In this document: piece after piece, positions 49,877 through 63,010 of the stretch
Numbering within the stretch: the stretch's first letter is position 1
Layout: each line of letters begins with the position of its first letter
From: Acipenser ruthenus
Taxonomy: Eukaryota
Assembly: GCF_902713425.1 (NCBI RefSeq)
Contig: NC_081212.1
Coordinates: 10,100,261 to 10,164,260 of the forward strand
DNA: 64,000 bases
Direction of reading: 5' to 3'
The notes under the pieces: model-generated
Database searches by the model: none
What the model was told of the DNA's origin: nothing
What the model saw: the letters and a program-made list of their open reading frames with translations, nothing else
Translations under genes and position numbers: made by a program

Positions 49877-49949
49877 GTTTCCATAGTGTAGTGGTTATCA
49901 CGTTCGCCTCACACGCGAAAGGTCCCCGGTTCGAAACCGGGTGGAAACA
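49877..49949 (+). tRNA. tRNA-Val(CAC)
   Basis: Canonical sequence. Confidence 0.9.
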
Positions 49950-50668
49950 CAGCACGGCATCTTTTTTTCACTGTATGTATTTATTCTCCCCAGGTAAACA
50001 GCCACCCAGACCAGAACGATGTATTTGTAGTGTGCATGGTGCATTGTCAATGCAAGTCTGACTGTATATTAAACGGAGTGAGAATGCACTCTGCAACGTT
50101 TTGGCTTCGACTGCTGCTTGACTCACAGAAACGACAATGTTGATACTCTGACTCTTCTTCTTAAAATGCATGTTAAAATGCGGAATGTTTTCAAATTCCA
50201 TGAATTCGCAGGTCTGTACAGAACAAGACGACTATCTGGTCTCACAAAATGTTGCTGGTTCTCGTAGAACAAAGAAGAGTTTGATCAACTATGTCATTCA
50301 TGCCGACAAAGCTCAGGAGGGCGATCGTTAGGTTGAATATCTAAATTTCCCGGGTTATATCCCGAGTTTCGACAGATGTCAGTTTATTCATATACCTACA
50401 GAATCACAGGTACAAATATTGCAGTTAAAGTTTATGCTTTTCAAATCCGTGCACGAAAGGGGGTGCCCAAATCAGAATGAAAGTCACGGGGGGAGTAATC
50501 AAAACATCGCAAAAGAAAAATACACTGCATTAAACAAATCATTTGGAGCGGTCTAAAATGAGCAATCCAGGTTCGATTCATTGTTTTGCCCTTTCGATGG
50601 CAGCAGTGTAAAAAAATGACCTGCACATTTCTCTGCTGGCTTCGGGTAGCAAACAAGAAGCAGCGATT

Positions 50669-50741
50669 TCCCATATGATCTAGTGGTTACGATTCCCGTT
50701 TTTTCACCCAGGTGACCAGGGTTCAACTCCCTGTATGCGAA
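50669..50741 (+). pseudogene. tRNA-Glu(TTC)-like relic
   Basis: As 7718 copy. Confidence 0.55.
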
Positions 50742-51920
50742 TTCATTTATTTACTTGTGGAGGTAATTGTCAGATAAAAGGATTGAAAAATGAAACCCCA
50801 CATTGTAGGATGGGGAGACTTATAACTAGTGACCATTATATAAAAAAAAAAAATAACGTTTGCTTATGTTAGATGCAAGAGAGCGAGACAGATAGATTTG
50901 CATCTTGGTATCCCATCACTCCTATGTGCACCAAAGCAATGACGGTCTACACTTCAGTTCATATATAATCGGAATAAAAAAGTGGACTCTGTTGCATTGT
51001 GAGGCTGCAGTGTCGATAACATAAACCTCTACGTTTGAGGGATCATTTAACTGTACTGTATTATATCGCAGTAACTTGCCCACCGGCAAGTCAAATGTCT
51101 TTGCTGTAGGGGGTAGCATTTAGTTATCCCAAGTTCTGTAGCTTTGCGCAGTGGCAGTATCATAGCCCATGAGGTTTGTCCGAGGCGTGATTATTGCTAG
51201 TTGAAAACTTTAACCAATACCCCGCCGTGGTGACTTGAAATATAGTCGCCGCTGGCAATTTTTGACAGTCTCACAGAGTCTGCTATCATGTAGTTGAAAG
51301 AACAGAACAAATGTTGACGCTTTGACATTCTGGGTTTGGTTTTGTATTCTACTGATTGGGCACAACATTTGAGTTGACCTTTTTACTCTTTATAACATAC
51401 AAGTGTATTTACAAGGTTAGGGGCCGTTTCTCCTGTTGTGTCAATTATATTACTATGCAGCTGGCAGGCATTCGGAACGCGCACGCTAACAACGCGTCAT
51501 CTTTCATTTTACAAAACACGGGGCATTCGACACGGAGAAAACCTTCTAGACAAATACTAAAAGAGCTAAACATCAATTTGCCTCCCCAGCCATGTTAGTA
51601 GATATCTGGCTTTTTTGCAGTAGCATTAAAGTTGTGGTGACACACGAAAAAGAAACATGGAAATCTGTTTTGGGGTTGGGGAGTTAACCTACCAAACAAT
51701 TTACGCACATGAATATATCATGAAAACAGCCATGCATGGAGGTCATGGGAACTCTCCGTTCTATTGCTTTCCTTTCTCCCAGATATATCATGCACATTAT
51801 GTAACTTCTCTTCAAAGGCAATTTTAGTATTCAGACTGTAGTTGCAAAAATAATACAATATCTTTTGACTAGAGTTCATCTTTTAAAAACAACTACTTTG
51901 CCAACAGAAGAAAAAAAGGC

Positions 51921-51993
51921 TAACAGAAGACGGTTTCGCTCCGTCGACCTCTGGGTTATAAGGCTCAGCACGCTTCCGCTGCGCCACTCTGAT
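51921..51993 (-). pseudogene. iMet-like tRNA relic
   Basis: As 6520 copy. Confidence 0.55.
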
Positions 51994-52130
51994 ACAGCTG
52001 CTTCTCGAATGAAACACACATTAATAAAATAAAATAAATCAATCAATTCTCAGTGCAACTTTTTGACGCAGTCTGCTGCTGGACTCACAGAGAGCGGAGA
52101 AGACCGCAACAAAAAAAACGAACAAGCACA

Positions 52131-52202
52131 TGTTTCCACCCGGTTTCGAACCGGGGACCTTTCGCGTGTTAGGCGAAGAGATAACCACTACACTATGGAA
52201 AC
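52131..52202 (-). tRNA. tRNA-Val(AAC)-derived, likely non-functional (1-nt D-arm deletion)
   Basis: Same GGCGAAGAGATAACC variant as the 14136 copy. 72 nt. Confidence 0.6.
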
Positions 52203-52329
52203 TTTCACATGTACATTGTTACATTCAGCTGGGCTTTAAGTGAAGACTGCCTTGCACTGCAGGATCCAAAATGGGTAATCGGCACTGTATGCTTAGAGCG
52301 CAACACACGGATCGTTTGTTAAGCAACAT

Positions 52330-52402
52330 GTTTCCATAGTGTAGTGGTTATCACGTTCGCCTCACACGCGAAAGGTCCCCGGTTCGAAACCGGGTGGAAA
52401 CA
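52330..52402 (+). tRNA. tRNA-Val(CAC)
   Basis: Canonical sequence. Confidence 0.9.
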
Positions 52403-53121
52403 CAGCACGGCATCTTTTTTTCACTGTATGTATTTATTCTCCCCAGGTAAACAGCCACCCAGACCAGAACGATGTATTTGTAGTGTGCATGGTGCATTGT
52501 CAATGCAAGTCTGACTGTATATTAAACGGAGTGAGAATGCACTCTGCAACGTTTTGGCTTCGACTGCTGCTTGACTCACAGAAACGACAATGTTGATACT
52601 CTGACTCTTCTTCTTAAAATGCATGTTAAAATGCGGAATGTTTTCAAATTCCATGAATTCGCAGGTCTGTACAGAACAAGACGACTATCTGGTCTCACAA
52701 AATGTTGCTGGTTCTCGTAGAACAAAGAAGAGTTTGATCAACTATGTCATTCATGCCGACAAAGCTCAGGAGGGCGATCGTTAGGTTGAATATCTAAATT
52801 TCCCGGGTTATATCCCGAGTTTCGACAGATGTCAGTTTATTCATATACCTACAGAATCACAGGTACAAATATTGCAGTTAAAGTTTATGCTTTTCAAATC
52901 CGTGCACGAAAGGGGGTGCCCAAATCAGAATGAAAGTCACGGGGGGAGTAATCAAAACATCGCAAAAGAAAAATACACTGCATTAAACAAATCATTTGGA
53001 GCGGTCTAAAATGAGCAATCCAGGTTCGATTCATTGTTTTGCCCTTTCGATGGCAGCAGTGTAAAAAAATGACCTGCACATTTCTCTGCTGGCTTCGGGT
53101 AGCAAACAAGAAGCAGCGATT

Positions 53122-53194
53122 TCCCATATGATCTAGTGGTTACGATTCCCGTTTTTTCACCCAGGTGACCAGGGTTCAACTCCCTGTATGCGAA
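53122..53194 (+). pseudogene. tRNA-Glu(TTC)-like relic
   Basis: As 7718 copy. Confidence 0.55.
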
Positions 53195-54373
53195 TTCATT
53201 TATTTACTTGTGGAGGTAATTGTCAGATAAAAGGATTGAAAAATGAAACCCCACATTGTAGGATGGGGAGACTTATAACTAGTGACCATTATATAAAAAA
53301 AATAAATAACGTTTGCTTATGTTAGATGCAAGAGAGCGAGACAGATAGATTTGCATCTTGGTATCCCATCACTCCTATGTGCACCAAAGCAATGACGGTC
53401 TACACTTCAGTTCATATATAATCGGAATAAAAAAGTGGACTCTGTTGCATTGTGAGGCTGCAGTGTCGATAACATAAACCTCTACGTTTGAGGGATCATT
53501 TAACTGTACTGTATTATATCGCAGTAACTTGCCCACCGGCAAGTCAAATGTCTTTGCTGTAGGGGGTAGCATTTAGTTATCCCAAGTTCTGTAGCTTTGC
53601 GCAGTGGCAGTATCATAGCCCATGAGGTTTGTCCGAGGCGTGATTATTGCTAGTTGAAAACTTTAACCAATACCCCGCCGTGGTGACTTGAAATATAGTC
53701 GCCGCTGGCAATTTTTGACAGTCTCACAGAGTCTGCTATCATGTAGTTGAAAGAACAGAACAAATGTTGACGCTTTGACATTCTGGGTTTGGTTTTGTAT
53801 TCTACTGATTGGGCACAACATTTGAGTTGATCTTTTTACTCTTTATAACATACAAGTGTATTTACAAGGTTAGGGGCCGTTTCTCCTGTTGTGTCAATTA
53901 TATTACTATGCAGCTGGCAGGCATTCGGAACGCGCACGCTAACAACGCGTCATCTTTCATTTTACAAAACACGGGGCATTCGACACGGAGAAAACCTTCT
54001 AGACAAATACTAAAAGAGCTAATCATCAATTTGCCTCCCCAGCCATGTTAATAGATATCTGGCTTTTTTGCAGTAGCATTAAAGTTGTGGTGACACACGA
54101 AAAAGAAACATGGAAATCTGTTTTGGGGTTGGGGAGTTAACCTACCAAACAATTTACGCACATGAATATATCATGAAAACAGCCATGCATGGAGGTCATG
54201 GAAACTCTCCGTTCTATTGCTTTCCTTTCTCCCAGATATATCATGCACATTATGTAACTTCTCTTCAAAGGCAATTTTAGTATTCAGACTGTAGTTGCAA
54301 AAATAATACAATATCTTTTGACTAGAGTTCATCTTTTAAAAACAACTACTTTGCCAACAGAAGAAAAAAAGGC

Positions 54374-54446
54374 TAACAGAAGACGGTTTCGCTCCGTCGA
54401 CCTCTGGGTTATAAGGCTCAGCACGCTTCCGCTGCGCCACTCTGAT
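54374..54446 (-). pseudogene. iMet-like tRNA relic
   Basis: As 6520 copy. Confidence 0.55.
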
Positions 54447-54583
54447 ACAGCTGCTTCTCGAATGAAACACACATTAATAAAATAAAATAAATCAATCAAT
54501 TCTCAGTGCAACTTTTTGACGCAGTCTGCTGCTGGACTCACAGAGAGCGGAGAAGACCGCAACAAAAAAAACGAACAAGCACA

Positions 54584-54655
54584 TGTTTCCACCCGGTTTC
54601 GAACCGGGGACCTTTCGCGTGTTAGGCGAAGAGATAACCACTACACTATGGAAAC
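54584..54655 (-). tRNA. tRNA-Val(AAC)-derived, likely non-functional (1-nt D-arm deletion)
   Basis: Same variant as 52131. 72 nt. Confidence 0.6.
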
Positions 54656-54782
54656 TTTCACATGTACATTGTTACATTCAGCTGGGCTTTAAGTGAAGAC
54701 TGCCTTGCACTGCAGGATCCAAAATGGGTAATCGGCACTGTATGCTTAGAGCGCAACACACGGATCGTTTGTTAAGCAACAT

Positions 54783-54855
54783 GTTTCCATAGTGTAGTGG
54801 TTATCACGTTCGCCTCACACGCGAAAGGTCCCCGGTTCGAAACCGGGTGGAAACA
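54783..54855 (+). tRNA. tRNA-Val(CAC)
   Basis: Canonical sequence. Confidence 0.9.
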
Positions 54856-55574
54856 CAGCACGGCATCTTTTTTTCACTGTATGTATTTATTCTCCCCAGG
54901 TAAACAGCCACCCAGACCAGAACGATGTATTTGTAGTGTGCATGGTGCATTGTCAATGCAAGTCTGACTGTATATTAAACGGAGTGAGAATGCACTCTGC
55001 AACGTTTTGGCTTCGACTGCTGCTTGACTCACAGAAACGACAATGTTGATACTCTGACTCTTCTTCTTAAAATGCATGTTAAAATGCGGAATGTTTTCAA
55101 ATTCCATGAATTCGCAGGTCTGTACAGAACAAGACGACTATCTGGTCTCACAAAATGTTGCTGGTTCTCGTAGAACAAAGAAGAGTTTGATCAACTATGT
55201 CATTCATGCCGACAAAGCTCAGGAGGGCGATCGTTAGGTTGAATATCTAAATTTCCCGGGTTATATCCCGAGTTTCGACAGATGTCAGTTTATTCATATA
55301 CCTACAGAATCACAGGTACAAATATTGCAGTTAAAGTTTATGCTTTTCAAATCCGTGCACGAAAGGGGGTGCCCAAATCAGAATGAAAGTCACGGGGGGA
55401 GTAATCAAAACATCGCAAAAGAAAAATACACTGCATTAAACAAATCATTTGGAGCGGTCTAAAATGAGCAATCCAGGTTCGATTCATTGTTTTGCCCTTT
55501 CGATGGCAGCAGTGTAAAAAAATGACCTGCACATTTCTCTGCTGGCTTCGGGTAGCAAACAAGAAGCAGCGATT

Positions 55575-55647
55575 TCCCATATGATCTAGTGGTTACGATT
55601 CCCGTTTTTTCACCCAGGTGACCAGGGTTCAACTCCCTGTATGCGAA
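55575..55647 (+). pseudogene. tRNA-Glu(TTC)-like relic
   Basis: As 7718 copy. Confidence 0.55.
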
Positions 55648-56827
55648 TTCATTTATTTACTTGTGGAGGTAATTGTCAGATAAAAGGATTGAAAAATGAA
55701 ACCCCACATTGTAGGATGGGGAGACTTATAACTAGTGACCATTATATAAAAAAAATAAATAACGTTTGCTTATGTTAGATGCAAGAGAGCGAGACAGATA
55801 GATTTGCATCTTGGTATCCCATCACTCCTATGTGCACCAAAGCAATGACGGTCTACACTTCAGTTCATATATAATCGGAATAAAAAAGTGGACTCTGTTG
55901 CATTGTGAGGCTGCAGTGTCGATAACATAAACCTCTACGTTTGAGGGATCATTTAACTGTACTGTATTATATCGCAGTAACTTGCCCACCGGCAAGTCAA
56001 ATGTCTTTGCTGTAGGGGGTAGCATTTAGTTATCCCAAGTTCTGTAGCTTTGCGCAGTGGCAGTATCATAGCCCATGAGGTTTGTCCGAGGCGTGATTAT
56101 TGCTAGTTGAAAACTTTAACCAATACCCCGCCGTGGTGACTTGAAATATAGTCGCCGCTGGCAATTTTTGACAGTCTCACAGAGTCTGCTATCATGTAGT
56201 TGAAAGAACAGAACAAATGTTGACGCTTTGACATTCTGGGTTTGGTTTTGTATTCTACTGATTGGGCACAACATTTGAGTTGATCTTTTTACTCTTTATA
56301 ACATACAAGTGTATTTACAAGGTTAGGGGCCGTTTCTCCTGTTGTGTCAATTATATTACTATGCAGCTGGCAGGCATTCGGAACGCGCACGCTAACAACG
56401 CGTCATCTTTCATTTTACAAAACACGGGGCATTCGACACGGAGAAAACCTTCTAGACAAATACTAAAAGAGCTAAACATCAATTTGCCTCCCCAGCCATG
56501 TTAATAGATATCTGGCTTTTTTGCAGTAGCATTAAAGTTGTGGTGACACACGAAAAAGAAACACGGAAATCTGTTTTGGGGTTGGGGAGTTAACCTACCA
56601 AACAATTTACGCACATGAATATATCATGAAAACAGCCATGCATGGAGGTCATGGGAACTCTCCGTTCTATTGCTTTCCTTTCTCCCAGATATATCATGCA
56701 CATTATGTAACTTCTCTTCAAAGGCAATTTTAGTATTCAGACTGTAGTTGCAAAAATAATACAATATCTTTTGACTAGAGTTCATCTTTTAAAAACAACT
56801 ACTTTGCCAACAGAAGAAAAAAAAGGC

Positions 56828-56900
56828 TAACAGAAGACGGTTTCGCTCCGTCGACCTCTGGGTTATAAGGCTCATCACGCTTCCGCTGCGCCACTCTGAT
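56828..56900 (-). pseudogene. iMet-like tRNA relic
   Basis: As 6520 copy, with an extra substitution (+ strand GGCTCATCACGC). Confidence 0.55.
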
Positions 56901-57036
56901 ACAGCTGCTTCTCGAATGAAACACCCATTAATAAAATAAAATAAATCAATCAATTCTCAGTGCAACTTTTTGACGCAGTCTGCTGCTGGACTCACAGAGA
57001 GCGGAGAAGACCGCAACAAAAAAACGAACAAGCACA

Positions 57037-57109
57037 TGTTTCCACCCGGTTCCGAACCGGGGACCTTTCGCGTGTTAGGCGAACGTGATAACCACTACAC
57101 TATGGAAAC
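57037..57109 (-). tRNA. tRNA-Val(AAC)-derived, T-loop A58G variant
   Basis: Same GGTTCCGAACC variant as the 47223 copy. Confidence 0.6.
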
Positions 57110-57236
57110 TTTCACATGTACATTGTTACATTCAGCTGGGCTTTAAGTGAAGACTGCCTTGCACTGCAGGATCCAAAATGGGTAATCGGCACTGTATGCT
57201 TAGAGCGCAACACACGGATCGTTTGTTAAGCAACAT

Positions 57237-57309
57237 GTTTCCATAGTGTAGTGGTTATCACGTTCGCCTCACACGCGAAAGGTCCCCGGTTCGAAACCGG
57301 GTGGAAACA
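57237..57309 (+). tRNA. tRNA-Val(CAC)
   Basis: Canonical sequence. Confidence 0.9.
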
Positions 57310-58028
57310 CAGCACGGCATCTTTTTTTCACTGTATGTATTTATTCTCCCCAGGTAAACAGCCACCCAGACCAGAACGATGTATTTGTAGTGTGCATGGT
57401 GCATTGTCAATGCAAGTCTGACTGTATATTAAACGGAGTGAGAATGCACTCTGCAACGTTTTGGCTTCGACTGCTGCTTGACTCACAGAAACGACAATGT
57501 TGATACTCTGACTCTTCTTCTTAAAATGCATGTTAAAATGCGGAATGTTTTCAAATTCCATGAATTCGCAGGTCTGTACAGAACAAGACGACTATCTGGT
57601 CTCACAAAATGTTGCTGGTTCTCGTAGAACAAAGAAGAGTTTGATCAACTATGTCATTCATGCCGACAAAGCTCAGGAGGGCGATCGTTAGGTTGAATAT
57701 CTAAATTTCCCGGGTTATATCCCGAGTTTCGACAGATGTCAGTTTATTCATATACCTACAGAATCACAGGTACAAATATTGCAGTTAAAGTTTATGCTTT
57801 TCAAATCCGTGCACGAAAGGGGGTGCCCAAATCAGAATGAAAGTCACGGGGGGAGTAATCAAAACATCGCAAAAGAAAAATACACTGCATTAAACAAATC
57901 ATTTGGAGCGGTCTAAAATGAGCAATCCAGGTTCGATTCATTGTTTTGCCCTTTCGATGGCAGCAGTGTAAAAAAATGACCTGCACATTTCTCTGCTGGC
58001 TTCGGGTAGCAAACAAGAAGCAGCGATT

Positions 58029-58101
58029 TCCCATATGATCTAGTGGTTACGATTCCCGTTTTTTCACCCAGGTGACCAGGGTTCAACTCCCTGTATGCGA
58101 A
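58029..58101 (+). pseudogene. tRNA-Glu(TTC)-like relic
   Basis: As 7718 copy. Confidence 0.55.
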
Positions 58102-59281
58102 TTCATTTATTTACTTGTGGAGGTAATTGTCAGATAAAAGGATTGAAAAATGAAACCCCACATTGTAGGATGGGGAGACTTATAACTAGTGACCATTATA
58201 TAAAAAAAATAAATAACGTTTGCTTATGTTAGATGCAAGAGAGCGAGACAGATAGATTTGCATCTTGGTATCCCATCACTCCTATGTGCACCAAAGCAAT
58301 GACGGTCTACACTTCAGTTCATATATAATCGGAATAAAAAAGTGGACTCTGTTGCATTGTGAGGCTGCAGTGTCGATAACATAAACCTCTACGTTTGAGG
58401 GATCATTTAACTGTACTGTATTATATCGCAGTAACTTGCCCACCGGCAAGTCAAATGTCTTTGCTGTAGGGGGTAGCATTTAGTTATCCCAAGTTCTGTA
58501 GCTTTGCGCAGTGGCAGTATCATAGCCCATGAGGTTTGTCCGAGGCGTGATTATTGCTAGTTGAAAACTTTAACCAATACCCCGCCGTGGTGACTTGAAA
58601 TATAGTCGCCGCTGGCAATTTTTGACAGTCTCACAGAGTCTGCTATCATGTAGTTGAAAGAACAGAACAAATGTTGACGCTTTGACATTCTGGGTTTGGT
58701 TTTGTATTCTACTGATTGGGCACAACATTTGAGTTGATCTTTTTACTCTTTATAACATACAAGTGTATTTACAAGGTTAGGGGCCGTTTCTCCTGTTGTG
58801 TCAATTATATTACTATGCAGCTGGCAGGCATTCGGAACGCGCACGCTAACAACGCGTCATCTTTCATTTTACAAAACACGGGGCATTCGACACGGAGAAA
58901 ACCTTCTAGACAAATACTAAAAGAGCTAAACATCAATTTGCCTCCCCAGCCATGTTAATAGATATCTGGCTTTTTTGCAGTAGCATTAAAGTTGTGGTGA
59001 CACACGAAAAAGAAACACGGAAATCTGTTTTGGGGTTGGGGAGTTAACCTACCAAACAATTTACGCACATGAATATATCATGAAAACAGCCATGCATGGA
59101 GGTCATGGGAACTCTCCGTTCTATTGCTTTCCTTTCTCCCAGATATATCATGCACATTATGTAACTTCTCTTCAAAGGCAATTTTAGTATTCAGACTGTA
59201 GTTGCAAAAATAATACAATATCTTTTGACTAGAGTTCATCTTTTAAAAACAACTACTTTGCCAACAGAAGAAAAAAAAGGC

Positions 59282-59354
59282 TAACAGAAGACGGTTTCGC
59301 TCCGTCGACCTCTGGGTTATAAGGCTCAGCACGCTTCCGCTGCGCCACTCTGAT
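59282..59354 (-). pseudogene. iMet-like tRNA relic
   Basis: As 6520 copy. Confidence 0.55.
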
Positions 59355-59490
59355 ACAGCTGCTTCTCGAATGAAACACCCATTAATAAAATAAAATAAAT
59401 CAATCAATTCTCAGTGCAACTTTTTGACGCAGTCTGCTGCTGGACTCACAGAGAGCGGAGAAGACCGCAACAAAAAAACGAACAAGCACA

Positions 59491-59563
59491 TGTTTCCACC
59501 CGGTTTCGAACCGGGGACCTTTCGCGTGTTAGGCGAACGTGATAACCACTACACTATGGAAAC
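59491..59563 (-). tRNA. tRNA-Val(AAC)
   Basis: Canonical. Confidence 0.9.
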
Positions 59564-59690
59564 TTTCACATGTACATTGTTACATTCAGCTGGGCTTTAA
59601 GTGAAGACTGCCTTGCACTGCAGGATCCAAAATGGGTAATCGGCACTGTATGCTTAGAGCGCAACACACGGATCGTTTGTTAAGCAACAT

Positions 59691-59763
59691 GTTTCCATAG
59701 TGTAGTGGTTATCACGTTCGCCTCACACGCGAAAGGTCCCCGGTTCGAAACCGGGTGGAAACA
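59691..59763 (+). tRNA. tRNA-Val(CAC)
   Basis: Canonical sequence. Confidence 0.9.
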
Positions 59764-60483
59764 CAGCACGGCATCTTTTTTTCACTGTATGTATTTATTC
59801 TCCCCAGGTAAACAGCCACCCAGACCAGAACGATGTATTTGTAGTGTGCATGGTGCATTGTCAATGCAAGTCTGACTGTATATTAAACGGAGTGAGAATG
59901 CACTCTGCAACGTTTTGGCTTCGACTGCTGCTTGACTCACAGAAACGACAATGTTGATACTCTGACTCTTCTTCTTAAAATGCATGTTAAAATGCGGAAT
60001 GTTTTCAAATTCCATGAATTCGCAGGTCTGTACAGAACAAGACGACTATCTGGTCTCACAAAATGTTGCTGGTTCTCGTAGAACAAAGAAGAGTTTGATC
60101 AACTATGTCATTCATGCCGACAAAGCTCAGGAGGGCGATCGTTAGGTTGAATATCTAAATTTCCCGGGTTATATCCCGAGTTTCGACAGATGTCAGTTTA
60201 TTCATATACCTACAGAATCACAGGTACAAATATTGCAGTTAAAGTTTATGCTTTTCAAATCCGTGCACGAAAGGGGGTGCCCAAATCAGAATGAAAGTCA
60301 CGGGGGGGAGTAATCAAAACATCGCAAAAGAAAAATACACTGCATTAAACAAATCATTTGGAGCGGTCTAAAATGAGCAATCCAGGTTCGATTCATTGTT
60401 TTGCCCTTTCGATGGCAGCAGTGTAAAAAAATGACCTGCACATTTCTCTGCTGGCTTCGGGTAGCAAACAAGAAGCAGCGATT

Positions 60484-60556
60484 TCCCATATGATCTAGTG
60501 GTTACGATTCCCGTTTTTTCACCCAGGTGACCAGGGTTCAACTCCCTGTATGCGAA
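60484..60556 (+). pseudogene. tRNA-Glu(TTC)-like relic
   Basis: As 7718 copy. Confidence 0.55.
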
Positions 60557-61736
60557 TTCATTTATTTACTTGTGGAGGTAATTGTCAGATAAAAGGATTG
60601 AAAAATGAAACCCCACATTGTAGGATGGGGAGACTTATAACTAGTGACCATTATATAAAAAAAATAAATAACGTTTGCTTATGTTAGATGCAAGAGAGCG
60701 AGACAGATAGATTTGCATCTTGGTATCCCATCACTCCTATGTGCACCAAAGCAATGACGGTCTACACTTCAGTTCATATATAATCGGAATAAAAAAGTGG
60801 ACTCTGTTGCATTGTGAGGCTGCAGTGTCGATAACATAAACCTCTACGTTTGAGGGATCATTTAACTGTACTGTATTATATCGCAGTAACTTGCCCACCG
60901 GCAAGTCAAATGTCTTTGCTGTAGGGGGTAGCATTTAGTTATCCCAAGTTCTGTAGCTTTGCGCAGTGGCAGTATCATAGCCCATGAGGTTTGTCCGAGG
61001 CGTGATTATTGCTAGTTGAAAACTTTAACCAATACCCCGCCGTGGTGACTTGAAATATAGTCGCCGCTGGCAATTTTTGACAGTCTCACAGAGTCTGCTA
61101 TCATGTAGTTGAAAGAACAGAACAAATGTTGACGCTTTGACATTCTGGGTTTGGTTTTGTATTCTACTGATTGGGCACAACATTTGAGTTGATCTTTTTA
61201 CTCTTTATAACATACAAGTGTATTTACAAGGTTAGGGGCCGTTTCTCCTGTTGTGTCAATTATATTACTATGCAGCTGGCAGGCATTCGGAACGCGCACG
61301 CTAACAACGCGTCATCTTTCATTTTACAAAACACGGGGCATTCGACACGGAGAAAACCTTCTAGACAAATACTAAAAGAGCTAAACATCAATTTGCCTCC
61401 CCAGCCATGTTAATAGATATCTGGCTTTTTTGCAGTAGCATTAAAGTTGTGGTGACACACGAAAAAGAAACACGGAAATCTGTTTTGGGGTTGGGGAGTT
61501 AACCTACCAAACAATTTACGCACATGAATATATCATGAAAACAGCCATGCATGGAGGTCATGGGAACTCTCCGTTCTATTGCTTTCCTTTCTCCCAGATA
61601 TATCATGCACATTATGTAACTTCTCTTCAAAGGCAATTTTAGTATTCAGACTGTAGTTGCAAAAATAATACAATATCTTTTGACTAGAGTTCATCTTTTA
61701 AAAACAACTACTTTGCCAACAGAAGAAAAAAAAGGC

Positions 61737-61809
61737 TAACAGAAGACGGTTTCGCTCCGTCGACCTCTGGGTTATAAGGCTCAGCACGCTTCCGCTGCGC
61801 CACTCTGAT
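61737..61809 (-). pseudogene. iMet-like tRNA relic
   Basis: As 6520 copy. Confidence 0.55.
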
Positions 61810-61945
61810 ACAGCTGCTTCTCGAATGAAACACCCATTAATAAAATAAAATAAATCAATCAATTCTCAGTGCAACTTTTTGACGCAGTCTGCTGCTGGAC
61901 TCACAGAGAGCGGAGAAGACCGCAACAAAAAAACGAACAAGCACA

Positions 61946-62018
61946 TGTTTCCACCCGGTTTCGAACCGGGGACCTTTCGCGTGTTAGGCGAACGTGATAA
62001 CCACTACACTATGGAAAC
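61946..62018 (-). tRNA. tRNA-Val(AAC)
   Basis: Canonical. Confidence 0.9.
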
Positions 62019-62145
62019 TTTCACATGTACATTGTTACATTCAGCTGGGCTTTAAGTGAAGACTGCCTTGCACTGCAGGATCCAAAATGGGTAATCGGCA
62101 CTGTATGCTTAGAGCGCAACACACGGATCGTTTGTTAAGCAACAT

Positions 62146-62218
62146 GTTTCCATAGTGTAGTGGTTATCACGTTCGCCTCACACGCGAAAGGTCCCCGGTT
62201 CGAAACCGGGTGGAAACA
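62146..62218 (+). tRNA. tRNA-Val(CAC)
   Basis: Canonical sequence. Confidence 0.9.
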
Positions 62219-62937
62219 CAGCACGGCATCTTTTTTTCACTGTATGTATTTATTCTCCCCAGGTAAACAGCCACCCAGACCAGAACGATGTATTTGTAGT
62301 GTGCATGGTGCATTGTCAATGCAAGTCTGACTGTATATTAAACGGAGTGAGAATGCACTCTGCAACGTTTTGGCTTCGACTGCTGCTTGACTCACAGAAA
62401 CGACAATGTTGATACTCTGACTCTTCTTCTTAAAATGCATGTTAAAATGCGGAATGTTTTCAAATTCCATGAATTCGCAGGTCTGTACAGAACAAGACGA
62501 CTATCTGGTCTCACAAAATGTTGCTGGTTCTCGTAGAACAAAGAAGAGTTTGATCAACTATGTCATTCATGCCGACAAAGCTCAGGAGGGCGATCGTTAG
62601 GTTGAATATCTAAATTTCCCGGGTTATATCCCGAGTTTCGACAGATGTCAGTTTATTCATATACCTACAGAATCACAGGTACAAATATTGCAGTTAAAGT
62701 TTATGCTTTTCAAATCCGTGCACGAAAGGGGGTGCCCAAATCAGAATGAAAGTCACGGGGGGAGTAATCAAAACATCGCAAAAGAAAAATACACTGCATT
62801 AAACAAATCATTTGGAGCGGTCTAAAATGAGCAATCCAGGTTCGATTCATTGTTTTGCCCTTTCGATGGCAGCAGTGTAAAAAAATGACCTGCACATTTC
62901 TCTGCTGGCTTCGGGTAGCAAACAAGAAGCAGCGATT

Positions 62938-63010
62938 TCCCATATGATCTAGTGGTTACGATTCCCGTTTTTTCACCCAGGTGACCAGGGTTCAACTCCC
63001 TGTATGCGAA
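62938..63010 (+). pseudogene. tRNA-Glu(TTC)-like relic
   Basis: As 7718 copy. Confidence 0.55.
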
